From the NCBI GenBank assembly GCA_965219995.1, contig CBDCOX010000002.1, forward strand, positions 2,048,001-2,112,000: a DNA stretch of 64,000 nt, read 5' to 3'. The translations under genes and the position numbers were made by a program. Below, piece by piece: positions 30,786 to 41,151 of the stretch. The stretch's first letter is position 1. Every line of letters begins with the position of its first letter. The DNA comes from Candidatus Latescibacterota bacterium (GTDB lineage Bacteria > Latescibacterota > UBA2968 > GCA-2709665). A model generated the notes under the pieces. That model saw only the letters and a list, made by a program, of their open reading frames with translations. It searched no databases and was not told the origin of the DNA.

Positions 30786-31487
30786 TTGAGTGCCGAATTC
30801 AACATCCTCTACCAGGACGACCATTACGTGGCCGTTGACAAACCGAGCGGCGTCTTCGTACACCCCACCCGCCTCGGACCACGGGAACCCGACTGCATGT
30901 CCCGCCTGGGCAGGCAACTGGGTCGTCCCGTCTACACCATTCACAGGCTGGACCGCGCCACCTCGGGCGTGCTTCTCTTCGCCCTGAGTTCCGAGGCGGC
31001 CAGGGAGATGTGCGTCCTGTTCGAAGAGCGCCGCATCCAGAAGGAATACCTGGCCGTGGTTCGGGGATTTGCGCCCGAAACCGGACGGATCGATCATCCT
31101 CTGCGTAATCAACGAAAGAAATCAGCGGTAGAAGCGGTTACCGACTTCGACCGCGTGGGAACGGCCGAACTTCAGGAGCCCGTCGGCAGACACGAGACAG
31201 CGCGTTTTTCGTTGATACGGGCCGTGCCTCAAACCGGTCGCATGCATCAGATCCGAAGACACATGGCCCATATCTCGCATCCCGTACTGGGCGACACCAG
31301 GTACGGTGACGGCGCGCAAAATCGGTTCTTTCGCGCCAGATTCGGGTTGTATCGCCTCGCGCTCATGGCCGCCCGGCTGGCGTTTCTGCACCCGTATACC
31401 GGGGAAGGCGTTGCCGTCGTCGCGACGCCGTCGGAAGATCTCCGGACGACGTTCGCCGGGTTGGGATGGGACGAGGCCCCGGTTTAA
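30786..31487 (+). CDS. truC: RluA-family pseudouridine synthase (TruC-like)
   Basis: DKPSG.FVH, HRLDRATSG, TGRMHQIRRHMAHISHPVLGD.RYGD. Start uncertain. Confidence 0.8.
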   Translation: MSAEFNILYQDDHYVAVDKPSGVFVHPTRLGPREPDCMSRLGRQLGRPVYTIHRLDRATSGVLLFALSSEAAREMCVLFEERRIQKEYLAVVRGFAPETGRIDHPLRNQRKKSAVEAVTDFDRVGTAELQEPVGRHETARFSLIRAVPQTGRMHQIRRHMAHISHPVLGDTRYGDGAQNRFFRARFGLYRLALMAARLAFLHPYTGEGVAVVATPSEDLRTTFAGLGWDEAPV

Positions 31488-31491
31488 TTGT

Positions 31492-32445
31492 ATGTCCGGC
31501 AACCCTGAACACATTACGATTATCCGAAGCGGCGCCATTGGAGATTTCGTACTGACGCTTCCCGCGGTGAACGCGCTGCAACTGGCTTACCCGCGCTCGC
31601 GCCTTCGGCTTATCGGCAACCCGTCGATCCTGCGCCTTGGGCCACTGGAAGACCTCATTGACATCAACAGCGCCGAAATCGCCGGCCTTTACAATCCCGA
31701 AGGCGTCGTTCCCGAACGCACCCGGGCCCTCTTCGCTCACGTCGACCTGCTCCTGGCCTACGCCGTCGACCCGGACCGGCGGCTTCAAACGCGCCTCTCG
31801 GAGATTGTCCGCGGCCGGGCGATCGTATTCGATCCCCGCCCGAAACGGGACTCCCACATTACAGATCACCTGCTGGCGCCGCTCCACAGGATATCCGTAC
31901 CCGTGTCCGACCCGATCCCCAGGATCCGGTTGAACGAAGCTGAACTGGATCAATCCCGCGGTATCCTTCAAAAACAACGTCTGCCATCACCCGTTGTCGC
32001 CATCCACCCGGGCAGCGGCGGCCGGGAAAAATGCTGGCCGCAACCGTCCTTCCTGAAGCTCGCCCGGGAACTCCGCGCCCTGGGCGCGGGAGTCTTCGTG
32101 CTATGCGGGCCCGTGGAACAATACATGGTCGATACGCTGCGGGTTCACGTCCCATCCCTGATTCCCGGGGACCTTCGCGACCTCGCCGGCCTGCTGCACG
32201 GCGCCGACCTCTTCATTGGCAACGATTCCGGCCCGGGACACATCGCCGCGGCGGTCGGCACCCCCACGCTCACCCTGTTCGGGCCCACGGACGCGGAAAC
32301 GTGGGCCCCCCGTAACCCGCTCGCCCGCGTTTTAAAGGCCCCGGACGGACACCTCCCGTCCCTTTCGGTCGAATCCGTCCTGCGGGCCGCGCTCGGAATG
32401 TTCGCGTCCGTACCGTCACGGCCACCCGATTCACAGCTGACGTGA
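31492..32445 (+). CDS. Glycosyltransferase family 9 (heptosyltransferase-like)
   Basis: GAIGDFVL, HPGSG..KCW, GNDSGPGHIAAA, LFGPT...W.P. Confidence 0.88.
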   Translation: MSGNPEHITIIRSGAIGDFVLTLPAVNALQLAYPRSRLRLIGNPSILRLGPLEDLIDINSAEIAGLYNPEGVVPERTRALFAHVDLLLAYAVDPDRRLQTRLSEIVRGRAIVFDPRPKRDSHITDHLLAPLHRISVPVSDPIPRIRLNEAELDQSRGILQKQRLPSPVVAIHPGSGGREKCWPQPSFLKLARELRALGAGVFVLCGPVEQYMVDTLRVHVPSLIPGDLRDLAGLLHGADLFIGNDSGPGHIAAAVGTPTLTLFGPTDAETWAPRNPLARVLKAPDGHLPSLSVESVLRAALGMFASVPSRPPDSQLT

Positions 32446-32488
32446 TCCTGTGTCGTCATGACGCTTTTGCATGTTCATCGTATTGAAT

Positions 32489-32517
32489 TTGACAGCCCGG
32501 GACGAATGTGGGATATT
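32489..32517 (+). promoter_or_regulatory. Putative sigma70 promoter
   Basis: TTGACA-17 bp-GATATT upstream of the PhyH gene. Confidence 0.4.
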
Positions 32518-32588
32518 ACGAACGGGCATCGAAGGCGCGTTGAGCCCGTCCTGTACGCAGGAAGGCTACCGAAAACAAGGAGAACCGC

Positions 32589-33551
32589 ATGAGCGCCCTG
32601 CTCGACCTGACCTTTCGCGGGAATCGCCTGGCAGGATGCGTCGACGACGCCGGCGAACTGAGGCGTTCCGACGACATTTCACACGATCCCGCGGCGCTGC
32701 ACGCCCGAATGGCGGACGACGGCTACCTCTACCTGCCCGGGCTCCTCGATCCGGAAGAAGCGCTGGCAGCGCGCCTTGAAGTGATGAAGCGCCTCGCCGG
32801 TCTGGGTTCGGTGGATGAATCGCTTCCGCTGATCGAAGGGAAATACAAACCGGGCGGCGGTCTCGGCGCCATGTTCGACTTCACTCTCGATAATCCGGCC
32901 CTGATGAAAGTCCTCTACGACGGACCCATGATCCGGTTCTATGAACGATTCCTGGGCGGTCCCGTCACCCATTTCGATTATACATGGTTCCGGGTCAAGG
33001 CGCCGGGTACCACGTCTCCCACTCAGCCCCACTACGACGTGGTCTATATGGGCCGCGGGACTCCCCGGCTCTATACCTCCTGGACGCCGCTGGGGGACGT
33101 ACCGTTTGAAATGGGCGGCCTGATCATTCTGGAGAATTCCCATAAGAGCGAACGCCTCCGGCATACGTATGCCCGCACCGACGTGGACAAATACTGCGAG
33201 AACGAAAACGAAGCCGGACGGATCGTCGAATCCGCCAGGGCGCAGGAGCGCGAGCTCACCGGCGAGGAACAGTCCCGGATCCGCTGGAATTCCACCGGGT
33301 CTTATGCGTCCGACGCCATTCAGGCCGGAAAGGAAATTGGCGGCCGATGGCTGACGGCGGACTACAAGCTGGGTGACGTGCTCGTCTTCTCCATGCGCAC
33401 GATGCATGCCAGTTCCGACAACCACACCGACCGGATCCGCATCTCGTCGGACTCCCGCTATCAACTCGCCTCAGAACCGCAGGACGAACGCTGGATAGGA
33501 ACCAGCCCGCCGGCGCATGGCATACGAGCGAAACAGGGCATGATCTGCTGA
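32589..33551 (+). CDS. PhyH-family Fe/2OG dioxygenase
   Basis: PHYDVVYMGRGT, WTPLGD....GGL, H.S.DN...RISSDSRYQ. Confidence 0.85.
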   Translation: MSALLDLTFRGNRLAGCVDDAGELRRSDDISHDPAALHARMADDGYLYLPGLLDPEEALAARLEVMKRLAGLGSVDESLPLIEGKYKPGGGLGAMFDFTLDNPALMKVLYDGPMIRFYERFLGGPVTHFDYTWFRVKAPGTTSPTQPHYDVVYMGRGTPRLYTSWTPLGDVPFEMGGLIILENSHKSERLRHTYARTDVDKYCENENEAGRIVESARAQERELTGEEQSRIRWNSTGSYASDAIQAGKEIGGRWLTADYKLGDVLVFSMRTMHASSDNHTDRIRISSDSRYQLASEPQDERWIGTSPPAHGIRAKQGMIC

Positions 33552-33634
33552 CGCCGCGGCCCGATGGCAGCCTGTTTCCGCGAAACGCGACCGCCAACGG
33601 ATCGGTTGAGACGTGCGACGGCAGACTCTCCGGA

Positions 33635-35557
33635 TCAGGACGTGGTTTCCTTCCCGCGTTCGCGCATCTGCCGCACGAACGAATTCCCCGAAAAATCGCC
33701 GCGGACGGCCAGGAAATCGGCCGCCGCGTCGTCTTCCCCGCCATCCGCGCCGTAGCCGATCGTCGCGGCGCCGGCAAATTCCTTTTCCGCGTCCGCCAGC
33801 ACCTTTTTGGTGGTCGAGGCGTGCGCCTTCCGGTGCGTCGCCTTCATTTCCTCGACGTCCTCCGCCGTCAGCGCCTCCACACATGCGCCGGTACGGTCCC
33901 TGTACGCCCGCCGCACCCATGCCCATTCGTCCCTGTCGTACTTCCTGCCGGCCGTTTCGAACGCCGCATTGAACGCCGCCACCGTGTCGATGCTTCCGGA
34001 CACAATATCCTCTTCAATCTGCGCCAGCCGCGCCCCGGAAAGCAGAAGGCCGCCCACGTCCGCCCAGTGCTCGCTGTACACCTCGCCTTCATCCGGCGCC
34101 AGCGACTTCCCGCCGGAAACTCGCTGAAGAACCTTTCCAATGAGGTACATATCGATCGCCGCGGCGTAATTCCTGATGCCGTGGCGCAATACCAGGCGGC
34201 GGATCCTTACCCCGTTGTGACGCACCTGCGCCACCTCGCGCGGCGTCTTTTCGTACAGATCCTTCAACAGGGCCTCTCCCCGCGTCATCCGCTCGACCGT
34301 ATAGGGACTGAACACCTCGTACCGGATCTGGTCCCGTTTGACGGAAGCCGTTCGCCGGTCCCGGTTCGGCCATTTTTCACCGTCACGTACGGTGCCGACC
34401 GTGTGGAGGTTCATCGCGGGCGTGAGAAAACTGGCGCCCTGCTCTTCGACGACGTAGGAAAACGGCAAGTCCCGGGTGTCCAGATTCGTCATGTGTTTAC
34501 CGATAACAACGGTAAACGGCCCCACGGCGCTCGGCAGCAGCAGATAGGAAGACGATCCCGTCTTGCTGCCGCGTTCCAGCACGCCCTGGTGCACGGGACC
34601 CAGCTTATACATATGGTTGCTCTGGTTGGTCCCGCTGCCGGCGTTATAAAACGAAAAGAGCCCGGCGATCAGCAGCGTACTCTTGTGGTGCGTTACCGTG
34701 TAGGGGCCGCCGAATACGGAACAGGCTTCGCCGTTGAAGCATTCCGAATTGGCGAAGAAGAGAGAATTCTCGGCCGAAAACTGTTTCCCGATCTCTGCTG
34801 CCTGTCCGACAAAGCATCTGTTGATGATGGCGCCGCTATCCACACGGGAGCCTTCGCAGATGATGAAATCCTCGGCCACGACGGATGCGCCAACCCGTGT
34901 CCGCGCGCCCGCCTCGCTCAGGACGGTTCCGTTCTTCAGCATGGCCGCCCCCGCAACCACCGCGCAGGAACCGATATTCACGTCGACAATCTCATTCACG
35001 TGCGCAACGACGGCGCGCTTGCCGATGGTGCCCAGATCCGACGTCATCCCGGCGACGAATGCGTCTGCCATCGCCTGAAGTCGCGCAGTCATCTCCGACC
35101 GGTAACGGTGCATACACATCAGGTATGCAAACTGGCAGGACATCCCGTTGAAAATGGGCACCTCACGCCCGCCTCCCTCGTTAACCGGTTCCACGACCAC
35201 GCCGTTCCCGAACGTCGCACCGGCGCGCGTCGTCATCTGCCCCACGTCCGTTACGACCGCGCCATCCCCGATCCGGTAGTTCGCAAGATGACTCCGCACC
35301 CGCGTCACCCTTACATTGTCTCCCAGTTCGCAGTTGATCAGCGTGGCGTCGGAAATCTCCGCCGGCAATTCCACGCCTGCGAACGATACGGCGCCTTCCA
35401 GGACGCCCATTCTTACCCGTCCACCAAAAACCGCATCCTTCACGCGACGCGGATCGAATCCGTGCTTCACCTCCACCATCGACCAATCCGCGGCCGTGCA
35501 TCCGTTTCGTTGCAGCGCCGCGATCTCAGCCCGGGAAAGCGAACGATAGCCGGCCAT
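33635..35557 (-). CDS. DUF4954 family protein (left-handed beta-helix-like)
   Basis: L..NGC.A.DWS, NEGGGREV, FSAENSLFFAN, GEAC..F.GPYTVTHHKSTLLIAG, GSGTNQSNHMYKLGP.HQG. Confidence 0.85.
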   Translation of the reverse strand: MAGYRSLSRAEIAALQRNGCTAADWSMVEVKHGFDPRRVKDAVFGGRVRMGVLEGAVSFAGVELPAEISDATLINCELGDNVRVTRVRSHLANYRIGDGAVVTDVGQMTTRAGATFGNGVVVEPVNEGGGREVPIFNGMSCQFAYLMCMHRYRSEMTARLQAMADAFVAGMTSDLGTIGKRAVVAHVNEIVDVNIGSCAVVAGAAMLKNGTVLSEAGARTRVGASVVAEDFIICEGSRVDSGAIINRCFVGQAAEIGKQFSAENSLFFANSECFNGEACSVFGGPYTVTHHKSTLLIAGLFSFYNAGSGTNQSNHMYKLGPVHQGVLERGSKTGSSSYLLLPSAVGPFTVVIGKHMTNLDTRDLPFSYVVEEQGASFLTPAMNLHTVGTVRDGEKWPNRDRRTASVKRDQIRYEVFSPYTVERMTRGEALLKDLYEKTPREVAQVRHNGVRIRRLVLRHGIRNYAAAIDMYLIGKVLQRVSGGKSLAPDEGEVYSEHWADVGGLLLSGARLAQIEEDIVSGSIDTVAAFNAAFETAGRKYDRDEWAWVRRAYRDRTGACVEALTAEDVEEMKATHRKAHASTTKKVLADAEKEFAGAATIGYGADGGEDDAAADFLAVRGDFSGNSFVRQMRERGKETTS

Positions 35558-35801
35558 TTGTGGATTTCCTCCTCTTGCAATCCGATACCTATCTCACTGA
35601 AAAACCGGTTATTACTGAGATTTACAGGCGGGTAAGATATCCTGCTCCGTGCCCGACGGCAAGCGTTTTCCAAGGGATTCCCGGTGCGTTCACCCTCTTC
35701 ATGTCGACGGGCAAAACACTTTACTTCAATCCTGCCCTTTGGTATATTGGCTGTCCTCAATACTCCATATGTCGGGACAATCATCCGGCGAAAGGACGGC
35801 A

Positions 35802-36560
35802 ATGGCCGGCGGCATCAAACTCAGAATATGCGAGACCAGCGCCGAGGTCGCGGTGGAAGCGTCGGAAATCATCGCGGATCTGGTCCGCGTCAGGTCAAAT
35901 GCCGTGATCGGACTGGCGACCGGATCGACGCCGGAACAGACCTACGCCAGACTCGCAAAGCTGCACCACAGCGAGGGCCTCGAATTCCGCAGGGTGACCT
36001 CGTTCAACCTGGACGAATACTGGGGCCTGGACGGCGATCACGACCAGAGCTACCGGTATTTCATGAACGACCGTCTGTTCCGGAAGATCGACATCCGTCC
36101 CTGGAACACGCATGTACTGAACGGTACCGCCGCCAATCCCGACCTGGAATGCCGGGCCTTCGAAACCGGTATCCTCGCGGCGGGCGGGATCGACCTCTGG
36201 CTGCTCGGCATCGGCACCAACGGTCATGTCGCGTTCAACGAACCCGGCAGCCCGGTGGACAGCCGGACACGCCTCGTGAACCTGGCTCCAAGCACAATCG
36301 AGGCGAACAGCGACGGCCGTTTCTTCAAAGATGCCGCAAGCGTCCCGCGATTCGCCCTTTCGGCCGGAATCGGCACGATCCGCGAGGCCCGGCGCATTCT
36401 CCTGCTGGCCACAGGCGACCAGAAGGCCGTCGCCGTCGCACGGGCCGTGGAAGGGCCACCCACAACGGACTGCCCCGCCAGCCTGCTGCAGAGCCATCCG
36501 GACTGTACGTTTATCGTGGACCGTGAAGCGGCATCAGAGCTCGCATCCGGACAGGTCTGA
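35802..36560 (+). CDS. nagB: Glucosamine-6-phosphate deaminase
   Basis: GLATGSTP, FNLDEY, QSYRYFM, LGIGTNGHVAFNEPG, PASLLQ.H. Confidence 0.95.
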   Translation: MAGGIKLRICETSAEVAVEASEIIADLVRVRSNAVIGLATGSTPEQTYARLAKLHHSEGLEFRRVTSFNLDEYWGLDGDHDQSYRYFMNDRLFRKIDIRPWNTHVLNGTAANPDLECRAFETGILAAGGIDLWLLGIGTNGHVAFNEPGSPVDSRTRLVNLAPSTIEANSDGRFFKDAASVPRFALSAGIGTIREARRILLLATGDQKAVAVARAVEGPPTTDCPASLLQSHPDCTFIVDREAASELASGQV

Positions 36561-36635
36561 TCAAAGTGTACATCCGTCGCACCGCACCGCGATGGGGAAT
36601 CCTACCAACTTTTCTGCAATTTCACGGAGCGTCAA

Positions 36636-36881
36636 ATGGATCGCGAAGAGATCAAGGAAGGCGTGTACCGGGTCATATCCGGCGTTCTCGGAATCGATAC
36701 GGCCGAGGTCTCGGAAGACCAGAGCTTCACGGCCGACCTCGGCGCCGAGTCGGTACAATCCGTAGAGCTCATGGCCGGATTCGAAGAGGAATTCGAGATT
36801 GAAATGGACGAAGATGAAGCCCTGGCCGTACAGACGGTAGGCGGCGCCATCGACTTCATCGCAAAGTACGTAAACAGCTGA
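36636..36881 (+). CDS. acpP: Acyl carrier protein
   Basis: DLGAES(V) phosphopantetheine site, EEEFEIE, TVG. Confidence 0.88.
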   Translation: MDREEIKEGVYRVISGVLGIDTAEVSEDQSFTADLGAESVQSVELMAGFEEEFEIEMDEDEALAVQTVGGAIDFIAKYVNS

Positions 36882-36921
36882 TTCCGAAACACTTGCCCCC
36901 GACCATGCAGGAGCGAACCCC

Positions 36922-38313
36922 ATGAATACAGCAGACCTGATCGAAGTCGAAGAGCCCAATCTCCTCGACGAGCAATTCGACTATAATCTGCCGCCCAGGA
37001 TTCTGTTCGACGGCCCGCTGTACGAAGAAATTGGCGACCGGATCGTCAGATTCGATCCGGAAGAAGCCCTCGCAAGGGACCTCGTCATCACCGACACCAC
37101 GTTTCGGGACGGGCAGCAGGCCCGGCCTCCGTATACGGTGGAACAGCAGGTCAGACTCTACGATATGATGGCCAGGCTCGGCGGGCCGAACGGCGTGATC
37201 CGCCAGACCGAGTTCTTCCTCTACACGAAAAACGACCGGCGCACGCTGGAAGAGTGCCGTGCGCTCGGGCACCGTTTCCCCGAAATCACTTCCTGGATTC
37301 GCGCGGACAAGGGTGACTTCCGGCTGGTCAAAGAAGCCGGTGTCCGGGAGACCGGGATGCTTACGCCCAGTTCCGACTATCATATCTTTTACAAGTTGAA
37401 AAAGGACCGCAGGAAAGCGTTCAACGACTACCTGGAGGTGGTCGAAGCCGCCTGGGAAGCCGGCATCCGGCCGCGCTGCCACCTGGAGGACGTGACGCGC
37501 GCGGACGTCGAAGGCTACGTTCTGCCCTTTGTCCAGGAACTGATGCGCCGTTCCGAGCAGGTGCCGCCGGAACTCCGCGCGAAAATCCGTCTCTGCGACA
37601 CCATGGGTTTCGGGTTAAGCTATCCGGGCGCAAGCCTACCCCGTTCAATTCCGAAGCTCGTCTACCTCATGACCAGCGACGGCGGGGTACCGCACGATTG
37701 CCTCGAATGGCACGGGCACAACGACTTCCACAAGGTCCATGTCAACGGGGCGACCGCGTGGCTGTACGGATGCAATGCGCTCAACACCACGTTGTTCGGT
37801 TTCGGCGAGCGGACCGGCAACCCGCCCCTCGAAGGGGCGATACTCGAATACATCGGCCTTCACGGCAGCCTTTGCGGTATCGATACCATGATGATCCAGG
37901 AAATGGCCGATTACATGCGCTCCATCGGGGTGGACATCGCGCCGAACTACCCGTTTGTCGGCAGGGACTTCAACACCACGAGGGCCGGTATCCACGCAGG
38001 CGGCCTGCGGTCCGATGAACGCATCTACAACATATTCGATACCACCGCCCTGTTCGGCCGCCCGCCCCGGGTGGCCATTACGGACAAGACCGGCGTGGAC
38101 GGGGTCGCCCTCTGGGTCAACGAGTTCCTGGGTCTCAAGGGCAATGACCGGCTCAGCAAAATCAGGGTGCACAAAATCGCCCGCTGGGTTATGGATCAGT
38201 ACGAAGTGCACGGCCGAATGAGCGCGATCACCGACGAGGAACTGGAAGAACAGGTCAAGATCAACCTGCCGGACCGGTACGCGACCTATCAGGCCGGCCG
38301 CAAGGCGGGCTGA
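36922..38313 (+). CDS. Re-citrate synthase-like DRE-TIM metallolyase (HMGL/IPMS family)
   Basis: EEPNL, ITDTTFRDGQQARPPY, GGPNG.IRQ.EFFLY, RCHLED.TRAD, WHGHNDF, GERTGN. Confidence 0.8.
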   Translation: MNTADLIEVEEPNLLDEQFDYNLPPRILFDGPLYEEIGDRIVRFDPEEALARDLVITDTTFRDGQQARPPYTVEQQVRLYDMMARLGGPNGVIRQTEFFLYTKNDRRTLEECRALGHRFPEITSWIRADKGDFRLVKEAGVRETGMLTPSSDYHIFYKLKKDRRKAFNDYLEVVEAAWEAGIRPRCHLEDVTRADVEGYVLPFVQELMRRSEQVPPELRAKIRLCDTMGFGLSYPGASLPRSIPKLVYLMTSDGGVPHDCLEWHGHNDFHKVHVNGATAWLYGCNALNTTLFGFGERTGNPPLEGAILEYIGLHGSLCGIDTMMIQEMADYMRSIGVDIAPNYPFVGRDFNTTRAGIHAGGLRSDERIYNIFDTTALFGRPPRVAITDKTGVDGVALWVNEFLGLKGNDRLSKIRVHKIARWVMDQYEVHGRMSAITDEELEEQVKINLPDRYATYQAGRKAG

Positions 38314-38355
38314 TCGTCCGTTTCACCTCAAATCGCCGGCTTCCGGCGGCTTATC

Positions 38356-39375
38356 GTGACAACCCGCACCGTCTCCCACACCGATCTCGGCGCCTGTTGC
38401 GTTGACCTCCTCTTAGCGGCGGGTGTGCCCGAACCCGACGCCCGAATCACGGCCCGCATCCAGGTTGAAGCGGACCTCCGCGGCGTGCACTCCCATGGTG
38501 CGCGCGGCATTGCGGGCTATATCCGCCAGATCCTGAAAGGCGAGATCAACCCCAACGCCCGTCCCCGCGTCCTGAGCGAGGAGGCCGCGTACGTTCACAT
38601 CGACGCGGACAACGCCCTCGGACAGGTGGCCGCGTACCGAGCGATGAACCGCGCCATCGGGAAAGCCGAAGGCGCGGGCATCGGGATGGCCGCCGTCCGC
38701 AATACCAACCACTATGGCGCCGCGGCATTCTACGCCAACATGGCCGCCGAGGCCCGCATGGTGGGCTTCAACACGACCGGTGGACGCAAGAACCGGGGCA
38801 ACATGGCGCCGTACGGGAGCGTCGAACCCGCCATTGGAAACGCGCCGTTCGCCTACGGCATCCCCGCGGGACGCGAACGCCCCATCATCCTCGACATGGC
38901 CACCGGCGTGGTTGCCGCCGGTAAAATCGCCGTAGCCCGGGACCGCGGCCGGAGAATCCCCCCGGGTTGGGCACTCGACGCCTCGGGAAGGCCGACCGAC
39001 GACCCGGCGGAGGCGCGGATTGTCCTGCCCCTCGGACCGAAGGGGTCGGGCCTCGCCATCGTGATGCAATGCATCGGCGGCATCCTGGCCGGCGCCGCAT
39101 TTCCGGACGTGGAAAAATTCGGTTATCTGTTCATCGCGATCAAAATATCCACGTTCGCCGATCCGGAAATCTTCGCGACGGAAGTCGACGCACGGATCCA
39201 ATCCATCCGTGAGGCCAGACCCGCCGAGGGGGTTGACCGCGTCTACTACCCAGGAGAACCCGAGTGGATCACTCGCGGGCGAAACCTCGAAAACGGCATC
39301 CCCATGCTGCTTCCGCATCTGAACGACCTGGACGCCGTTGCGGCCGAACTGGGCGTTTCGAAGCGATTCGGATGA
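38356..39375 (+). CDS. Ldh_2 (malate/L-lactate dehydrogenase type 2) family oxidoreductase
   Basis: ADLRGVHSHG, NHYGA, GNAP, LDMAT, KGSGL, PGEPE. Confidence 0.88.
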   Translation: MTTRTVSHTDLGACCVDLLLAAGVPEPDARITARIQVEADLRGVHSHGARGIAGYIRQILKGEINPNARPRVLSEEAAYVHIDADNALGQVAAYRAMNRAIGKAEGAGIGMAAVRNTNHYGAAAFYANMAAEARMVGFNTTGGRKNRGNMAPYGSVEPAIGNAPFAYGIPAGRERPIILDMATGVVAAGKIAVARDRGRRIPPGWALDASGRPTDDPAEARIVLPLGPKGSGLAIVMQCIGGILAGAAFPDVEKFGYLFIAIKISTFADPEIFATEVDARIQSIREARPAEGVDRVYYPGEPEWITRGRNLENGIPMLLPHLNDLDAVAAELGVSKRFG

Positions 39376-39455
39376 CGCTCCCGATGGCAGTCCCGCCCTG
39401 AAGCCACGTCGTCCCGGGCCGTCGTCGATGCCTCTTCCCCCGTTGCGAACAACGC

Positions 39456-40190
39456 ATGGACATCCTCGTCCTGACAGCCACCGCTCTCGAGCAGGAAACC
39501 CTCCGCAGCCGCATTCGGAATCCGGCCACGCGGACGTTCGCCCACCGCGCGCGCGCAGAGGGCCGGCTGGGGAACCGCCGCGTCGCCCTGATCGAAACCG
39601 GTATCGGCGCCGTCAACACGGCCCAGGCGCTGACCGCCGCCCTTGAATCCGGCCGACCGCAATTCGTTCTGCAGATCGGCGTTGGCGGCGCTTACGCCGG
39701 GGCACAACTGAACGTGGGCGACATTGCCCTGGCCACGGAAGAGAACGACGGGGAACTGGGGATTCTCGCCCCCGGCGGATGGCTTCCGGCGGATACCATC
39801 GGCATCCCCGTCCTGGAGAAGCACCGAAACCTCTACAATACCTTTCCGCTCGACACGGCCCTCGCCCGGCGCGCGACAGCCCTGATCCTCGATGCCGCGT
39901 GGCCGCGTGGCGCCCCCGCCGTGCGCTCCGGTCCTTTTGTCACCGTACAGCAATGCAGCGGCCTCGCCGCCAGGGGCGCCGAACTCGCGGCGCGGTACGA
40001 CGCGATCTGCGAGAATATGGAGGGCGCGGCCGCGGCGCAACTCTGCACGCTGTACGAGGTTCCGTTCGTCGAGCTTCGAGGCATCAGCAACCTCGTCGAA
40101 GACCGGAACACAGGCGCCTGGAATCTCTCTCTGGCCTCCCGGAACGCACAGCAGGCTGCCAGAGTACTGATAGAAGACCTGGACCTGTGA
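39456..40190 (+). CDS. mqnB: Futalosine hydrolase
   Basis: GIGAVN.A, GVGGAY, FVTVQQCSG, ENMEGAAAA, ELRGISNLVEDR...W; adjacent to mqnD. Confidence 0.88.
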   Translation: MDILVLTATALEQETLRSRIRNPATRTFAHRARAEGRLGNRRVALIETGIGAVNTAQALTAALESGRPQFVLQIGVGGAYAGAQLNVGDIALATEENDGELGILAPGGWLPADTIGIPVLEKHRNLYNTFPLDTALARRATALILDAAWPRGAPAVRSGPFVTVQQCSGLAARGAELAARYDAICENMEGAAAAQLCTLYEVPFVELRGISNLVEDRNTGAWNLSLASRNAQQAARVLIEDLDL

Positions 40191-40299
40191 GCCGCAATTC
40201 GCATACCGGCAAGGCACACCCCGTCCGCCGGGATACCCAGAAACGTCTGCGGTCCCATTGTCCCGGCCGCCGTTCGGTTTCGCGCATCTCGAGGAACTC

Positions 40300-41133
40300 A
40301 TGGCTTCCGTTTCGCTCGGCTACTCACCCAGCCCGAACGATACCTGCATCTTCTTCGGCCTTCAGCATGGCAAGATCCCCGGCGCGCCCCGGTTCGAGAC
40401 GAGCCTCGAAGACATAGAAACCCTCAACCGGCTGGCCACGGATGGGAGTTTGGACGTTACCAAGGTCTCCTTTCATGCTCTCGGCCACCTTCGGGGCCGG
40501 TACTGCCTCCTCCATTCGGGCGGCGCCATGGGCCGCGGCTGCGGTCCGCTCGTCGTGGCCTCCAGACCGCTGAACCCATCGGAGCTGACCGGCGAGAAAA
40601 TCGCGATTCCCGGAAAACTGACCACCGCGTCGCTGCTGCTGCGCATGTTCGAACCCGCCCTGGAGAATCTCGTCGTTCTGCCTTATCACCGCATCATGGA
40701 CGCCGTCCGAAGGGGCGAAGCCGGCGCCGGGCTCATCATACACGAGAGCCGGTTTACCTTTCCGGAATTCGGACTGCACGAAGTCGTCGACCTGGGCGAA
40801 TGGTGGGAACGCACCACGCGCCACCCCATTCCACTGGGTGGCATCCTCGCCCGCCGGGACCTGGGCGCCGGAAGGATCCGGGCCATTGATCATGCAGTAC
40901 GAGCCAGCGTGGAATACGCTCGCACCCATGCCAGCGAGGTCCGGAAACACATCCTGCGGCAGATCCCGGACATGGATGCGCCCGTCGTCCAGAGATTCAT
41001 CGACCTGTACGTCAACGCGCATACCCTGGACTACGGTCCGGACGGGGAGGCCGCCATTGCCGATCTCCTCGCCAGCGCCGAAACCGCGGGCATCATTCCC
41101 GCATCGGACAAAACACTCTTTGTCGACCGGTAA
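40300..41133 (+). CDS. mqnD: 1,4-dihydroxy-6-naphthoate synthase
   Basis: SP.PNDT, DIETLN, G.GCGP, IIHESRFT, DLGEWW, PIPLG, IDLYVN. Confidence 0.92.
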   Translation: MASVSLGYSPSPNDTCIFFGLQHGKIPGAPRFETSLEDIETLNRLATDGSLDVTKVSFHALGHLRGRYCLLHSGGAMGRGCGPLVVASRPLNPSELTGEKIAIPGKLTTASLLLRMFEPALENLVVLPYHRIMDAVRRGEAGAGLIIHESRFTFPEFGLHEVVDLGEWWERTTRHPIPLGGILARRDLGAGRIRAIDHAVRASVEYARTHASEVRKHILRQIPDMDAPVVQRFIDLYVNAHTLDYGPDGEAAIADLLASAETAGIIPASDKTLFVDR

Positions 41134-41151
41134 GAGAAAGGAGCCGCACCC

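Noticed and set aside
33821-35635. Long antisense/alternate-frame ORFs (604 aa here; also 254-1522, 5545-6990, 27051-28658, 42515-43987, 53957-55204, 57478-58716)
   Set aside because: Shadow ORFs of real genes caused by high-GC codon bias; no recognisable motifs.
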